DNA of 64,000 nucleotides from Octopus bimaculoides. Taxonomy: Eukaryota. The stretch spans positions 3,259,754 through 3,323,753 of the forward strand of contig NC_068983.1 in the NCBI RefSeq assembly GCF_001194135.2. Reading direction: 5' to 3'. Shown here in pieces: positions 10,666-23,424 of the stretch (within the stretch, counting starts at the first letter, position 1; every line of letters begins with the position of its first letter). The notes under the pieces are model-generated. The model ran no database searches. It was not told the origin of the DNA and was given only the letters and a program-made list of their open reading frames with translations. A program made the position numbers and the translations under genes.

Positions 10666-12173
10666 TCTATACGCACATAATACACGCATGCGCACACACA
10701 CACACACATTGCAAACATTCCATACATAAATACCTTAGCAAATAGTTTTCGGTTGATGCATCTTTTGTGCATTTCTATACAATGCACGTTTTGTGCACGA
10801 GTATATAATGCACTTTTTGTGTCCGTTTTCAGAACTTGACTGTTGCTAAGTGAGGGGAAGGGGAAGAGAGAATGTCCTGGCGTGCTTCGATGTTGTTTAG
10901 GTGTCATTCAATTCCGGTGTCAGCTGCGGTCAAACAAATTTGTTATCAATTACACTCCTTCCGCGAACATCCTGTCACTTTCCCTGATACAACGCCCCGG
11001 GGCCACCTTATGTTCTTCTTTTTCTAAGATTTCAAGGAAATTTGCCTACTATTTCTAGCAGTCGCATTCACGCATTGAGTCCCTCTGCCCCCCTCTCTCT
11101 CTCCTTCTCTCTCTCCTTCTCTCTCTCTCTTTCTCTCTCTCTCTCTCCTTCTCTCTCTCTCTCCTTCNNNNNNNNNNNNNNNNNNNNNNNNNNNNNNNNN
11201 NNNNNNNNNNNNNNNNNNNNNNNNNNNNNNNNNNNNNNNNNNNNNNNNNNNNNNNNNNNNNNNNNNNNNNNNNNNNNNNNNNNNNNNNNNNNNNNNNNNN
11301 NNNNNNNNNNNNNNNNNNNNNNNNNNNNNNNNNNNNNNNNNNNNNNNNNNNNNNNNNNNNNNNNNNNNNNNNNNNNNNNNNNNNNNNNNNNNNNNNNNNN
11401 NNNNNNNNNNNNNNNNNNNNNNNNNNNNNNNNNNNNNNNNNNNNNNNNNNNNNNNNNNNNNNNNNNNNNNNNNNNNNNNNNNNNNNNNNNNNNNNNNNNN
11501 NNNNNNNNNNNNNNNNNNNNNNNNNNNNNNNNNNNNNNNNNNNNNNNNNNNNNNNNNNNNNNNNNNNNNNNNNNNNNNNNNNNNNNNNNNNNNNNNNNNN
11601 NNNNNNNNNNNNNNNNNNNNNNNNNNNNNNNNNNNNNNNNNNNNNNNNNNNNNNNNNNNNNNNNNNNNNNNNNNNNNNNNNNNNNNNNNNNNNNNNNNNN
11701 NNNNNNNNNNNNNNNNNNNNNNNNNNNNNNNNNNNNNNNNNNNNNNNNNNNNNNNNNNNNNNNNNNNNNNNNNNNNNNNNNNNNNNNNNNNNNNNNNNNN
11801 NNNNNNNNNNNNNNNNNNNNNNNNNNNNNNNNNNNNNNNNNNNNNNNNNNNNNNNNNNNNNNNNNNNNNNNNNNNNNNNNNNNNNNNNNNNNNNNNNNNN
11901 NNNNNNNNNNNNNNNNNNNNNNNNNNNNNNNNNNNNNNNNNNNNNNNTGTGTTCAGACCGGCAGAAAACACTGTTCTCCGCTAGGTTCAAAAAAGGCCCG
12001 ATACTTGCAGCATGTCACGACGGCGTTCCTTATGGCTCCTGCAGGGGTTTAGGGGGCAATGGCGTGTGTGTGTGCTGTTACTCTCTTCTCGAATTCCTTG
12101 CATGTTTTGAAAATATGGAGCTGCTTCAGTTGTTTGTCTTAAGACTAATAAATAATGTCGCAGATAATTTATA

Positions 12174-12520
12174 GGCGCAAGAGTGGTTGTGTGGTACGAA
12201 GCTTGCTTACCAACCACATGGTTCCCGGTTCAGTCCCACTGCGTGGAACCTAGGGCAAGTGTCTTCTACTATAGCCTAGGGTCAACCAAAGACTTGTGAG
12301 TGGATTTGGTAGACGGAAACTGAAAGAAGCCCTTTGTGTATATATATATATGTGTGTGTGTTTGTCCCCCCACCATCACTTGACAACCGATATTGGTGTG
12401 CTTACGTTCCCGTAACTTACCGGTTCGGCAAAACAGACCGATAGAATAAATACTAGGCTTAGAAAGAAGTCCTGGGGTCGATCTGTTCGATTAAACGCGG
12501 TGCTCCAGCATAGCCACAGC
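12174..12520 (+). mobile_element. SINE family A
   Basis: Same head, core and tail motifs as 25308. Confidence 0.9.
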
Positions 12521-12524
12521 CAAA

Positions 12525-12612
12525 ATGAAAGGGTGACAGGCAAAGTCGACCTCGGCGGAATTTGAACTCAGAACGCAAAATATCACCAAGCATTTTGTCC
12601 GACGCGCTAACC
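12525..12612 (-). mobile_element. SINE family B 5' fragment abutting the family A tail
   Basis: GGCAAAGTCGACCTCGGCGGAATTTGAACTCAGAAC. Confidence 0.8.
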
Positions 12613-13085
12613 CGTTGTAATTACAAGAACAGAAATAGTGAGGAAACCGCGTGTCTGAGGATTAAGTGACTGCCTCGGGGCCATTCAGTCGAATGACTCT
12701 CATTTAGATAAAATCTAGGATGACGTTGTTGTGTGCAGTCGCAATAACAAGAGTAGCACCGCCCTGGATGTGTTACGAGCATGTTGAATCGTTTAATGTC
12801 GTCGTCGTCGTCTCACTGCGCCTCCGCCCGGAAGTATTGGAGCTGTTGCTTAACGCTTGTCAATGTGTCATTTCTATGTTTTTTAAACTAATTACACCTG
12901 AATATGAACATTTACTTGTCAAAACTTTCATGTCAAATCTAGGAGCGATGTCTGCTTTGTGAGCAGAAGCTGTGTGTTTGAGAGAAAGGACAGTTGGTTT
13001 TTGTTTGATCTGTCTTATGTATGCTTGCACATTGATGTGTGTGTGAATATTTATCTAGTTATCTAGACAGAGGTATACATGGGCA

Positions 13086-13132
<47 letters not shown>

Positions 13133-13459
13133 TGGCAGAAGTAACAGTGACTCAAGGGTCAAGAGTTTCGTCCAGTAGCACTTGTCAAACCAGTTACAAA
13201 TCAAGCAGTGATAAATTTATGCACCAGTGATAATGGTATTTTCCTGGATAGTTCTGGAACAAATTCTAAAAGCAATTGCAATGTCACGTGGATAATTCGT
13301 ATTTGTCAAGTAGTTTGCCCATTATGCCGTTCAGTAAATAAATAAATCCGTAAATAAACAAACAAGAAAAATTTGTCCGTACTTGCACACACACATAGAT
13401 ATCAGTGCCGGTAAATATAAATACAGACGGATGGACGGATGGATGGATAAAGACAGTTA

Positions 13460-13893
13460 TGGCTGGTCTATGGGTATTCCCTGGGTTTTACGTCCATAGA
13501 GCGCTTAGCTTTACATTTCTTCAGACCCTAACCTCGTTGGCCTATGGCATCTCTAGAGAGGCCACTAGCTAGAGGCTGTAAAGCTTAAGCGCTTTACAGC
13601 GTTTCTTCAGTCCCTAAACCTGTTTAGAGTCTAAACCACGGGCCCACAAACTTTTTAGAACATTGGCCCTACGTGGAATCCTTGACCCCTCATTGACCCC
13701 CAGACATATACAGTAAAATAAATAAGTAGAAGTGCATTTATCGAACCCTTGGCTAGTCACATCAACCCCCAGGGGTCGATATCGACCACTTTGAAGACGC
13801 CTGGTCTAAACCAATGGGTTTAGGATCTGAAGAAACGCTGTAAAACTAAGCGCTTTATGGACGTGAAACCCAGGGTAACCAATAGACCGACCA
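13460..13893. mobile_element. fold-back/MITE with ~80-bp TIRs, flanked by TA, carrying a nested hAT MITE
   Basis: TGGCTGGTCTATGGG..CCCTGGGTTTTACGTCCATAGAGCGCTTAG..TTTCTTCAGA pairs with TCTGAAGAAA..CTAAGCGCTTTATGGACGTGAAACCCAGGG..TAGACCGACCA; TA at 13458-59 and 13894-95. Confidence 0.7.
13637..13803. mobile_element. hAT-type MITE nested in the fold-back element
   Basis: Exact 8-bp TSD GTCTAAAC at 13629-13636 and 13804-13811; degenerate CA.G.G.C..CAAA TIRs. Confidence 0.75.
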
Positions 13894-14908
13894 TATCTTT
13901 CCTTATCTAATATTACTCTACTGTTCTATAACTTAGAGTGTGCGTCACTTTCGGATTTATGATCTACTGACGATATATAGTAGCGGGCTTCCCAGCCTTC
14001 GGCCCTCAAATGTATTCATAAGGCACATATTGGTATCTGTCGTAATGCCCATTTTTCTTACAATAAAAGCTGTTAAAAAGGTATTTCAATATTGCATAAC
14101 ATAATTTTTAACATTTATTTAGAATATCTAGATTGTGTTACCAATACTACCACCACAACCACTAATATCTATTAAGTTATACTACCACCACTTCCCTCTC
14201 TGTCTTATTTGCTTTTTCTCCCTAATCCCTTTTCTATCTGTCTCACGTATTTTTCTCTCTCAAGAGAAAAGAGTTAAAGGCAATGAGAGAGACACACATC
14301 TACAACCAGACTGAGAGAGAGATAGACAGAGAGAGGGACAGAGAATGCAGGGGTTCGGCGTCTCGTTTTTTTTCTTCGTAAACCCCTTTAAATTGTTTTG
14401 CAATATTTTCTGTTTCATGAACTTTTTCTGTAAAGAGAAAGGAGGAAGAGGTAATGAGAGAAAGACACATATACAATCAGAGAGAGAGAGAGAGAGAGAG
14501 GGACATATAGACGGAGAGAAAGCGGAGGTCCGGCAGCGACTTCAAAGGAATAAATGTAATGTATAAACTTAGAGAAAGTTGGCGGTGGATTGAGTGATAG
14601 GTGGAATATTTTTTCACTCTGTAAAAAGCATTACGGTGAAATGGACAGTACGTGGATCGCTAGCACCAACTCGACCCCCACCACCATTCCGTTTTCGGAA
14701 AATAAGTGCAGTTATCTGCGGAATAGTCAAATTAGTTTAAATGACAAGAAAAACCTGAAATATTATCTATTTTATTTAGTGTTTTCAGATGTCAATGTAC
14801 AAACAAACAAATAAACTTTGCTTTTTATAAGGATAATAGAAATAGAAGATAGGTATATATAAGTACAGTGTATATTATATATATATATATGTATACTTCT
14901 CAAAGTTA

Positions 14909-14963
<55 letters not shown>

Positions 14964-15199
14964 CATACACACACACACACACATACACATACACACGTTA
15001 GTTCATGTATGATTATTAACACACAAACTATCTTGTTTGTTGTCTCTCTCTATCTCTTTTACTCCATCCATTCACATCTTTCTCGTGGTACTTCTCAGCT
15101 CCAGATACTTTTGGGAACCAGGATCTTTCACGATTCTAAATACTTCTCGATGCTTGCTACATTTTTGTAGCTCGGTATATTTCAGTTGGGCGGAATTTG

Positions 15200-15345
15200 A
15201 ACTCAGAACGTTCTGAGTTCAAATTCCACCGAGGCCCACTTTGCCTTTCATCCTTTCGAGATCGATAAATTAAGTACCAGTGAAACACTGGGGTCGATGT
15301 AATCAACTAGTCCCAAATTTCATACCTTGTGCCTTCAGCAGAAAG
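15200..15345 (+). mobile_element. SINE family B, 5'-truncated
   Basis: GTTCTGAGTTCAAATTCC..TTGCCTTTCATCCTTTCGAGATCGATAAATTAAGTACC. Confidence 0.85.
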
Positions 15346-16158
15346 GATTATTATATTTGTACATCAATCAAATCTATTTAATCCAAAAATGGAAATGTAA
15401 TGTTTCTACGTTTGTCCATTTTGGCGATCAAGTTTTTCAGATGTTAAAAGTGTTTACATTTTAAGGGGTGCGCTTGCATCCCTTGCACCTCCTGTTCCCG
15501 AGCCTATGTCTTTTAGATTTACTTACAAGGCATTGGTCGGCCTAAATACATCACACGCACATACACTGTGTTGTTATGGCTGTACATGTCCCCCGTTTAT
15601 GTTTCATACATTTCTTCTTTCGTATCTCTGTTTCTTTTCTACGCTGGTTCACATATGCTGTAGTGTGTGTGAGGGGGGGGGGTATAGATTCTAGCGCGTG
15701 TTCAGCTCTCGAGGCATACAGGTATGACTTTGTTCATGTGTGGTTGTCATACATTATACACCAGTGTAAGCAAGTCAATTATGTGCACCTATGCATACAT
15801 ATTTACACACACACGCGCACACACACACATACACACACACGCGCGTGTACAACGTTGGTCATGCGTATGTGTACCTGTGTAGATGTTGTACATGTGTGTG
15901 CGCGTGTCTGCTGTACACACACTGGCCATTGTTTGCAGTTTACCAGACACAATGAACAATGTTCATTGTATCATATCTCCAAATACCATTCGTAGTTTGG
16001 GAGAGCGGTGGTGATATAGGGATAGAAAGTGTGTGTGTGTGTGTAGCGAGAGAGAGAGATAGACAGACAGACAGAGAATACAGTGAATGGTAGAGCGGCA
16101 ATCAGTGTGTTGCAGTAATTAGATGTCCTTATGTGGTTAGTTCCCTTGACGCCGATAA

Positions 16159-16210
16159 TATTGGACTAATGATAGCTTAGCTGACCGAAACTTCGAAGTT
16201 ACCGCCAATA
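16159..16210 (+). ncRNA. degenerate minimal hammerhead-like motif
   Basis: CTAATGA (one mismatch to CUGAUGA), GAAAC, palindromic ACTTCGAAGT, GUU; distal stem I TATTGG/CCAATA; stem II poor. Confidence 0.35.
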
Positions 16211-16521
16211 CTATTCTTGTTAAAGAATAATACATACACACTTCGATTCATATATACATATATAAATTGTAAAACATAGCTGTCACCACTACTATATGAG
16301 CCTCAATCAAGATTGCATAGTTTATGCATGAAAGTACAAGTTCAATCAGAATGGAGATTTAATATTCTATCATTTCATTATATTATCTTATATTATTATA
16401 AGATTGTAAATAAAACGTGAAAATCAGACAAAGTTGTAATTTCTTTGATATTATGTATATATATATATAATTAATTAATAATAGGATGAATTCTTTTATA
16501 AGAATTTATCAAGTAGCTAGC

Positions 16522-16564
<43 letters not shown>

Positions 16565-16903
16565 TCTGCTTTGATGATTCTATAATGTAACATAAAAAAC
16601 CTAAGGGTATATCTTAGCGAAGATATCGTCAAACGGGAACCTGGCTCAAATGATTACAAGAGAATAGACTATGCTAGAAGTTCCCAAGGTGCAAAGTGGT
16701 GGTGTTAAGCCGGCAAACGGATTAAATTTACAAACTAAGTAGATGATGGTGAGATTTGAACTCAGAGCTGTAACAAATACCGTAAGGCACCCACTCCGAT
16801 TTTCTTCCAGCTCCGCCAACTCAACATCGTAGATTTAGTATCTTTTTATATATATTTTTTTTTTACATAAACTCCTTATGCAGAGTTTGACCCCCTCCTG
16901 TAC

Positions 16904-17090
16904 CTACACCTTAGAACCCTCATGGCGTCTGATGCGGCTTTTTAAACCAATGTTTTGAAAAAGACAACCACATAAATTGCATATCCGATTTGGACCACTA
17001 AGAACTGCAGATAAGTTCTGATTTTTGTGGATCTTAAAATGTCTTTTGAGGCCTCCGTTAGATTTGCAAACCTTCTGGCAGACAACTTTT
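16904..17090 (-). mobile_element. decayed C2H2-like zinc-finger remnant, probably a LINE C-terminus
   Basis: VCQKVCKSNGGLKRHFKIH..ICNLCGCLFQNIGLKSRIRRH resembles the terminal zinc finger of RTE-type ORFs. No start codon or splice context; flanked by microsatellite. Confidence 0.45.
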
Positions 17091-17304
17091 TTATACATAC
17101 AGACATACAGACATACAAAGACATACATCCGTAAATAACCATTTACATGCATATGCTCACACATACTTATGTACAGCGTATTTAAATATAGTTATATATA
17201 CGTGCATTTATATACACTTATATACGTATATATAAGTATCTAGTTAAACATACATTTGTTTGGGTACAAAGATATACAAATATATACAAACGTACACACA
17301 TCAT

Positions 17305-17470
17305 CACCATCGTCTTACAACCACTTATCATGGGTTAGACGAGTCATCATATTCCAGATCAGATATTTTAAGGATCACATCCCGCCCGTACCTTCCACAT
17401 TTGGCTTGTTTTCTGAAGCCAGCTGACCTTCTTAATGCCAACCACTTTCCAGTGTCCACTCGGTACGAAC
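17305..17470 (-). mobile_element. family E (RTE-tail-type retroposon) 3' fragment
   Basis: CATCATCACCATCGTC tail..CATGGGTTAGACG..CTTCTTAATGCCAACCAC, homologous to 22072 and 56140. Confidence 0.65.
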
Positions 17471-17960
17471 ACTCATGAGATTGCTTTGTTTTTCGAAGAC
17501 TAAAGAACTCTCGCTTCTGAATGATGTGTTCTTTCACTCAAAATGATTGACAGAGGAGGTGGATAGAAAAAAGATCGATAGTAGATGAGGTGGGGGTGGT
17601 ATGAAAAATATAGTGGCGAAAACAGAGTGATTGGGGGTGAAGACAGGGTAGAAAAGGGATGGACAGTGGTGCGGTAAGTGATGGCTGTCAATAACAAATG
17701 ACTCGGAGGAGATGGAATGATGGAGGGGGAGGGAGTAGCGGGATGCGGCTAACTTTACTTACTCCGGCAGCTCAATAAAGTGAATAGTAGAGGTAATGAG
17801 CGAATAAAAGGGAGTGTTAAGGGGAGATAAGTGGTAGGGATGAGGGAATAGATAAAGAGAGAGTACCAGAGACGAAGCAGACTGCAGGGTATGGATTTTA
17901 CAAGAACAGTAAGTAAAGGAACCAAATGTGTCTGCGTGTGCACTAAGGTATATGTGTGAG

Positions 17961-17996
<36 letters not shown>

Positions 17997-18010
17997 TACC
18001 TTCTAGTCTG

Positions 18011-18610
18011 CATCATTATCCCCATCTTTAACGCTTGTTTCACCATACTCTTACTCCAGTGTCGGGTGTTCTCCTGCACTGCATGTTGCCAATTAACGCG
18101 ATCCTTAATTATCTCTTTCAGCAGAACAAAACACTTGGGGTTAGCCTTCACCATTTCTTCCCAAACTCCTTCAGTCTCCCCCCTCCACGGGTTCCATTCT
18201 TTTAGAGCTCTTGTCACATCTTTAAACAACTACGCTCCCCCACATGCAGCACCTGCCCATTCCAGCACAGATCCCTCCCTTATATACACCTGATTCTTTT
18301 AACATCTTGATTTTCTCTCAACTCATTACACATCCGGCGGGAAATGTTCGCTTCATTTCTTTCTTGTTTGCTAACCTCAAAATCCATTCTCAGTTACCAT
18401 GCAGCATCACAATTCGTACACAAGCATCATACAATCTTCCTTTCTCTCTGAGAAGGAAAATCTTTATTACCAACAGAGGTAATAGATTTTTTAACTTTCT
18501 CCAACTCATTCTTACTTTGACTTCTATAGCCCCCCCCTCCACCACCACCACCACCACCACTGCTCCAAATTTGGTCACTTACTTAACCAGAAGCTGTGTC
18601 CATAGTTTGC
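18011..18610 (-). mobile_element. RTE-clade LINE 3' fragment
   Basis: VRMSWRKLKNLLPLL..LREKGRLYDACVRIVMLHG and WEEMVK..KDRVNWQHAVQE are typical RTE post-RT motifs; ATGATG-type tail. Confidence 0.85.
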
Positions 18611-19365
18611 AACAGATATAACGTATGCACACTTACGCATGCGCGCGTACACACATACATACATACATACATACATACATACACACACATACACACACAC
18701 ATACATACATGCATACATACATACATACAAGTTCAGGTTTATGCCTGTAATTATTGGGGCCCTGAGATATGCAACACACTGCCTAAATACCAATCTTGAG
18801 AAATTAGGCTTCTCAAAACCAGAAAGGAGAAAGCTAATTCGAAGACTACAGATCCAATCCGTCACTGGAACTGTAAAAATATGTAAAACTTTCCAGAAGT
18901 TTATCATTTAAATATGTATGAGCATGTCTAGATATGCAACTATATGCCTGAGAAGATATACATAAAATAAAACATACAAATATGCATACATACAAACATA
19001 CGCACTAAATAACCTCTCTATATAAAGGCCCGTGACACTGACGAAACATTACCTTTAAGATAGCGCGTTAGCACTAGCATGTACTTAATGCGTGCGTGTG
19101 TGTATATATATATATATGTATATAAATTTATATATAACCGTATCTCTCTGTAAATATGCGCTTTATTATCTAGCATAATACTTATTCTGCTGTTTGAGCT
19201 ATTATTTGTGATATTTTTTTCAGTATATAATCACTAGTTTTAAAAATTTCTACGGTTTTACTATGATTTTGTTAATCTATAAAGCCAATTTCTCTGTAGC
19301 CTCACTATCCACCTCCTCTCCCTACCCTTTTACACCTAATCTGGGTATTTGCATCTGTGAGTAAA

Positions 19366-19418
<53 letters not shown>

Positions 19419-20146
19419 ACATGTGCGGTGAGAAGGTGAGAACTTTCAGAAGTGAATTTGTTTGCCGAATGATTAAGGAAAGTCGGGTGGAAGGCAGCTA
19501 GGTGTATAAGGTAGGCAAGTAGGAAAGTACATAAGCAGGTAGGTAGGTAGGTTTGGAAGGTAAGTAAATATGTTGATTGATTTGCAGACCGACTGATAGG
19601 TAGGTAGGTAACTAAATTGACATACTCCTGTCTGGCAGAATCTCGTAGATTGGTAGGTTTATGTAGGTAAGTGGGAGGGAAGATTTTTAGATAGATTGAT
19701 AGATATCTCAAGAGGTAAACATACAAGACATAGATTTAGCTCGAGGCCAATCCTGAGTTAACATGAAGTTCAAGAGTTTAAAAAGAAAAAAAAAGAACTA
19801 AATTGACCGGAAGTGAAGAGTGACATCTCAGAATTTCATAAAGGGAACATTAAGAGAACAGGTGAAATCCCTGATTTTTTTATTAACGAAACTCCCTCGT
19901 TATGCTGCCTTCTCAGGTACCTAGTTGTACAGATCTTCTAATGATGTCAAGTAGTTTAGAAACAGCAGCTGAAGTACACCGCTCCCAAGTCCTCAATCCA
20001 ACAATGAACATCACCACTGAGAAAGCAATTTGATGGCTTGCATATCGATGCATGACAGCCATCACAGCTACATGTGAGCAATGCAATAATCCTGCATGAG
20101 TACTGTGCGGAAAGAACTGACCGAAAGTGTTGGCAATGTTCCTTAT

Positions 20147-20376
20147 TTCTTTATTGCCCACAAGAGGCTAAACATAGAGGGGACAAACAAGGACAGACAA
20201 AGGGATTAAGTCTATTACATCAACCCCAGTGTGTAACTGGTACTTAATTTACCGACCCCGAAAGGATGAATGGCAAAGTCGACCTCGGTGGAATTTGAAC
20301 TCAGAACGAAACGGTAGACGAAATACCGCTAAGCATTTCGCCCGACGTGCTAACGTTTCTGCCAGCTTCCCCCGCC
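20147..20376 (-). mobile_element. SINE family B subfamily with a distinct tail
   Basis: Tail TTTATTGCCCAC..AGAGG(G)GACAAACAAGGACAGACAAAGG is shared with 62402-62625. Confidence 0.9.
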
Positions 20377-20865
20377 TTGTGTTGGTAATGTTCCTGTTGA
20401 TCCATAATCTATAAATTGGTTAAAGGAAGTTATCAGATTTAATTGTCGTCACTTCCGGTCAGTTTACTTTCACCTTTTGAACCCCTAAACTGCATGTTCA
20501 CCTAATCTTGACCTATCAAACTTATTATGGAAGAAGTTTCAAATATGACGATTTCTTCCCTAACAGAGAATACATATATGGTGCTTGTGTATATTAAAAG
20601 AAAAGAGAAAAGAGAAAAGAGTAACTGCAAAGAGGTTGGGGGTCTTCGTTTGGTTGAGATTGAACGTAAATCTGTCGAAAAATAAATCCATGAATGGACA
20701 GACAGACAGACAGACAGACAGAAAGGTAAGGGAAGAGACACAGACAAACTGTTCAGACTTCTATCAGACTGACCTGTCCTGGAATGAATGTGACTGAGAG
20801 ACAGCCAGTGACATTTAAGGTATTTTAATTGTAACTGTGAGTAGTAAAGCACCAAAGCGTCTCTT

Positions 20866-20902
<37 letters not shown>

Positions 20903-21084
20903 GTGCGTGTGTGTGTGTGTACGTGCGTGTGTATGTTTGTGTGTGTGTATGTACACACATACGCGTGCTTTTGTCTGTCTCATTGTATCGGCCAGATTAT
21001 CGGATGTCGTTACGCACCGCTAGTCACAATGCGCTTCAACGCATTGTTGTAGCTTCCGTGTTATCAATTTAAAGCTGCGAGGAC

Positions 21085-21195
21085 TGCAGCAATGTGCAAT
21101 TGTTTTTGCTCAAAAACACAATGCACAGCCGATCTGGGAATCGAAACCACGATCCTGCGACTATGAATGCAACGTCCTACCCGCTTGACTACGTA
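21085..21195 (-). mobile_element. SINE family C/D head fragment
   Basis: TTGCTCAAAAACACAATG..GGGAATCGAAACC. Confidence 0.7.
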
Positions 21196-21725
21196 CCTTG
21201 ACTATTACATACACACACACATACACACACACACACTAATTTAACTAAATAGGGATACACATCACAATATTCTTCCGTATTCTTCTCTGTGGTGAGGAAT
21301 AGGAGTTTTCTAGCTGCTTCTAAAGCTTTTCTTTGAGCGAATCGAGTTAGGGGTGGGTGCTAAATTCGGGTTGTTCTTTTAGGGGGCGACGCTAAACGAG
21401 TACAAGGAAAGGGAAGGGGCAACTTAGAAGAAAGGGTTTATTTTTGAGATAAGAAATGTGTTCGTTTGGGAGGAGGGGGAGGGTTGTGTGTTGGTTTGGT
21501 TTTGTTTACTTTGATCTGGAAGGAAATTACAGAGCTCTTCACATTGAGGTAGAATACATTTGGCAGTATTCAGTCGGGAATCTGTGGGGGTGGGGGTGGG
21601 GGGTACGGTGATGGATGGGTAGAAGAGGTGAAGGAAGGGGATGCATTGATGTAACGGGTGGAGTTGGGTTGGTTTAACTGTACATCAGTAGGAGTTATTT
21701 ATTGTAAAGGTGTTACAAGAGATGT

Positions 21726-21996
21726 GAAGGTGCGTAACTTTGTAATAACGGGTGCTCGACTTAGGATCACGAGGTCGTGTGTTCGATACCCGGCGGCGCG
21801 TTGTGTTCTTGAGTAAAACGCGTCATTTCACGTTGTGCCTGTAATTCAAAGGGCCAGCCTTGTCCCATTCTATTTTGCGTTGAAGGGTACGCGTGTCTGT
21901 GGAATAGTCCGCCACTTGCACGTTGATTCCATGAGCAGCTTGTTCCGTTGATCGGATCAATTGGAACACTTATAGTTGCAACCGACGGAGTACCAG
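21726..21996 (+). mobile_element. SINE family D (C-type head and core, different tail)
   Basis: GTGTTCGATACC B box; TTGTGTTCTTGAG..CATTTCACGTTG; tail CCACTTGCACGTTGAT..GTTCCGTTGATCGGATCA..AACCGACGGAGT. Confidence 0.85.
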
Positions 21997-22071
21997 TCAA
22001 ACGAGTCAGTAAACTTGGGGTCTTTGATAATCCGATGGAACTATGAGAGTCAGAGAATAAATATGATAGTC

Positions 22072-22295
22072 ATCGTTACCATCGTCGTTTAACGTCCACT
22101 TTCCATGCTGACATGGGTTAGACGGTCTGACTGAGGACTGGAAAGCCAGGAGGCTGCACCAGGCTCCAATCTGTTCTGGCGATGTTTCTTCAGCTGGATG
22201 CCCTTCCTAACTCCGAGAGTGTAGTGGGTACTTTTTACATGTCACAGGCACGGGGCTAGTCAGGCGGCACTGGTATCGGCCACGGCAACGTTTTC
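22072..22295 (-). mobile_element. family E (RTE-tail-type retroposon)
   Basis: CATCGTCGTTTAACGTCCACTTTCCATGCT..CAGCTGGATGCCCTTCCTAAC. Confidence 0.85.
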
Positions 22296-22414
22296 ACTTG
22301 TGCGCTAATTTTGTAACGTTGGCTGAGTTGGTGAGTAGAGGTAAAAATAGATGAGGAATTCGTGAGAATCGATCCAGCAGACGAGAGTCTCTTGTAGAAT
22401 TCTCTCACATGATT

Positions 22415-22620
22415 TATTGCTGTTGTTTAACCTCGGGTCAGCCCTGATCAAACAGACCTTTGATCAAAGACATTACCACAATGACCATCGCTTTGACCAT
22501 GACAGTCCATAAAAGAACTAATTAAGAATTTGTCCTTCCTTTATTAAACTGTCATGATATGATTTCATAAAGATATTTGGCTGCTATTTCATGTAAACTG
22601 AGCGAACGGCGACAGACTCT
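22415..22620 (-). mobile_element. dispersed repeat family G (SINE-like)
   Basis: TTGTTTAACCTCGGGTCAGCCCTGATC..GACC..GATCAAAG and TTTGGCTGCTATTTC. Other copies near 31740, 49900 and 57735. Confidence 0.65.
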
Positions 22621-23424
22621 TCCCATTTGATTGTTTTAATAGTTGTTGTCATGCTTGTTGTTGTTACTGGTGGTGGTGCATTCAGACTGATGAGACTTAC
22701 AATTAATGAATATAGAGAAAACGTAAGCAAAGAGAGAGGCGGGGAGAATTCCAGGGGGATGCAGTTCTGAGGAGAAAAGATTCGCGAAAGTCTTTAGTAA
22801 GAGATAGAGTAGTGGAGAAGAATTATGTATATAAATTGGTTTAGAGATTTAGATCACTGCCTCAGGTGAGTAATAGTAGTAATAGAAGCAGCAGCAGTAG
22901 TAGTAGTAGTGGTAGTAGTAGTAGTAATGATGGCGGTGGTGGTGGTGGAAGTGACAGAGGAGACAACACGTACGAGAGTCTGTTTGTTCGGTTACATGTT
23001 AGCCTTGCTCCACCAGGCACACATGATGGAAGGCATTTCAACTCTAACGTACCCACTTTTTTAAGACAGCAGTATGTGATTTAAGAGAGAATTGATTGTT
23101 GTTCTTAGTAAGTCGAATGACCATGTTAGGGGCACCCTCGTAGTCTTGTAATATAAGAGTTGTGGTGTATTGTTGACCGAGTCTTTGACCACAAACAATA
23201 TCGTTTCTTATCGATGTTTTTATGTAACTGAGGTTCAAGACCCGTTTCAAATGTGTCAAATTTGAACTGTATAGGGTGGAGTGTGTGTGTGTGTGGGGNN
23301 NNNNNNNNNNNNNNNNNNNGGGGGGGGGGGGTAAGTATTTTCTGATCCAAAAGAAGAAACCTTCAAAGTGCCACCTGTGTTATAGATGTGGAATTGCTCT
23401 GAAAACTCAGTAGACGTTGGTATG

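Noticed and set aside
11024-12052. Long ORFs (up to 342 aa) here and at 3027-3552, 28904-29954, 42803-43396, 58901-59601 and 61142-61845
   Set aside because: They run through N-gaps (poly-X) and are not real coding evidence.
16904-17164. Host C2H2 zinc-finger gene
   Set aside because: Degenerate fingers with no TGEKP linkers, an ORF start inside a microsatellite, and a better fit to a LINE C-terminal remnant.
19916-20035. Strong acceptor (TGCTGCCTTCTCAG) as exon 2 of the 5297 gene
   Set aside because: The phase-2 frame hits a stop after 7 codons, and the phase-0 frame stops without a donor.
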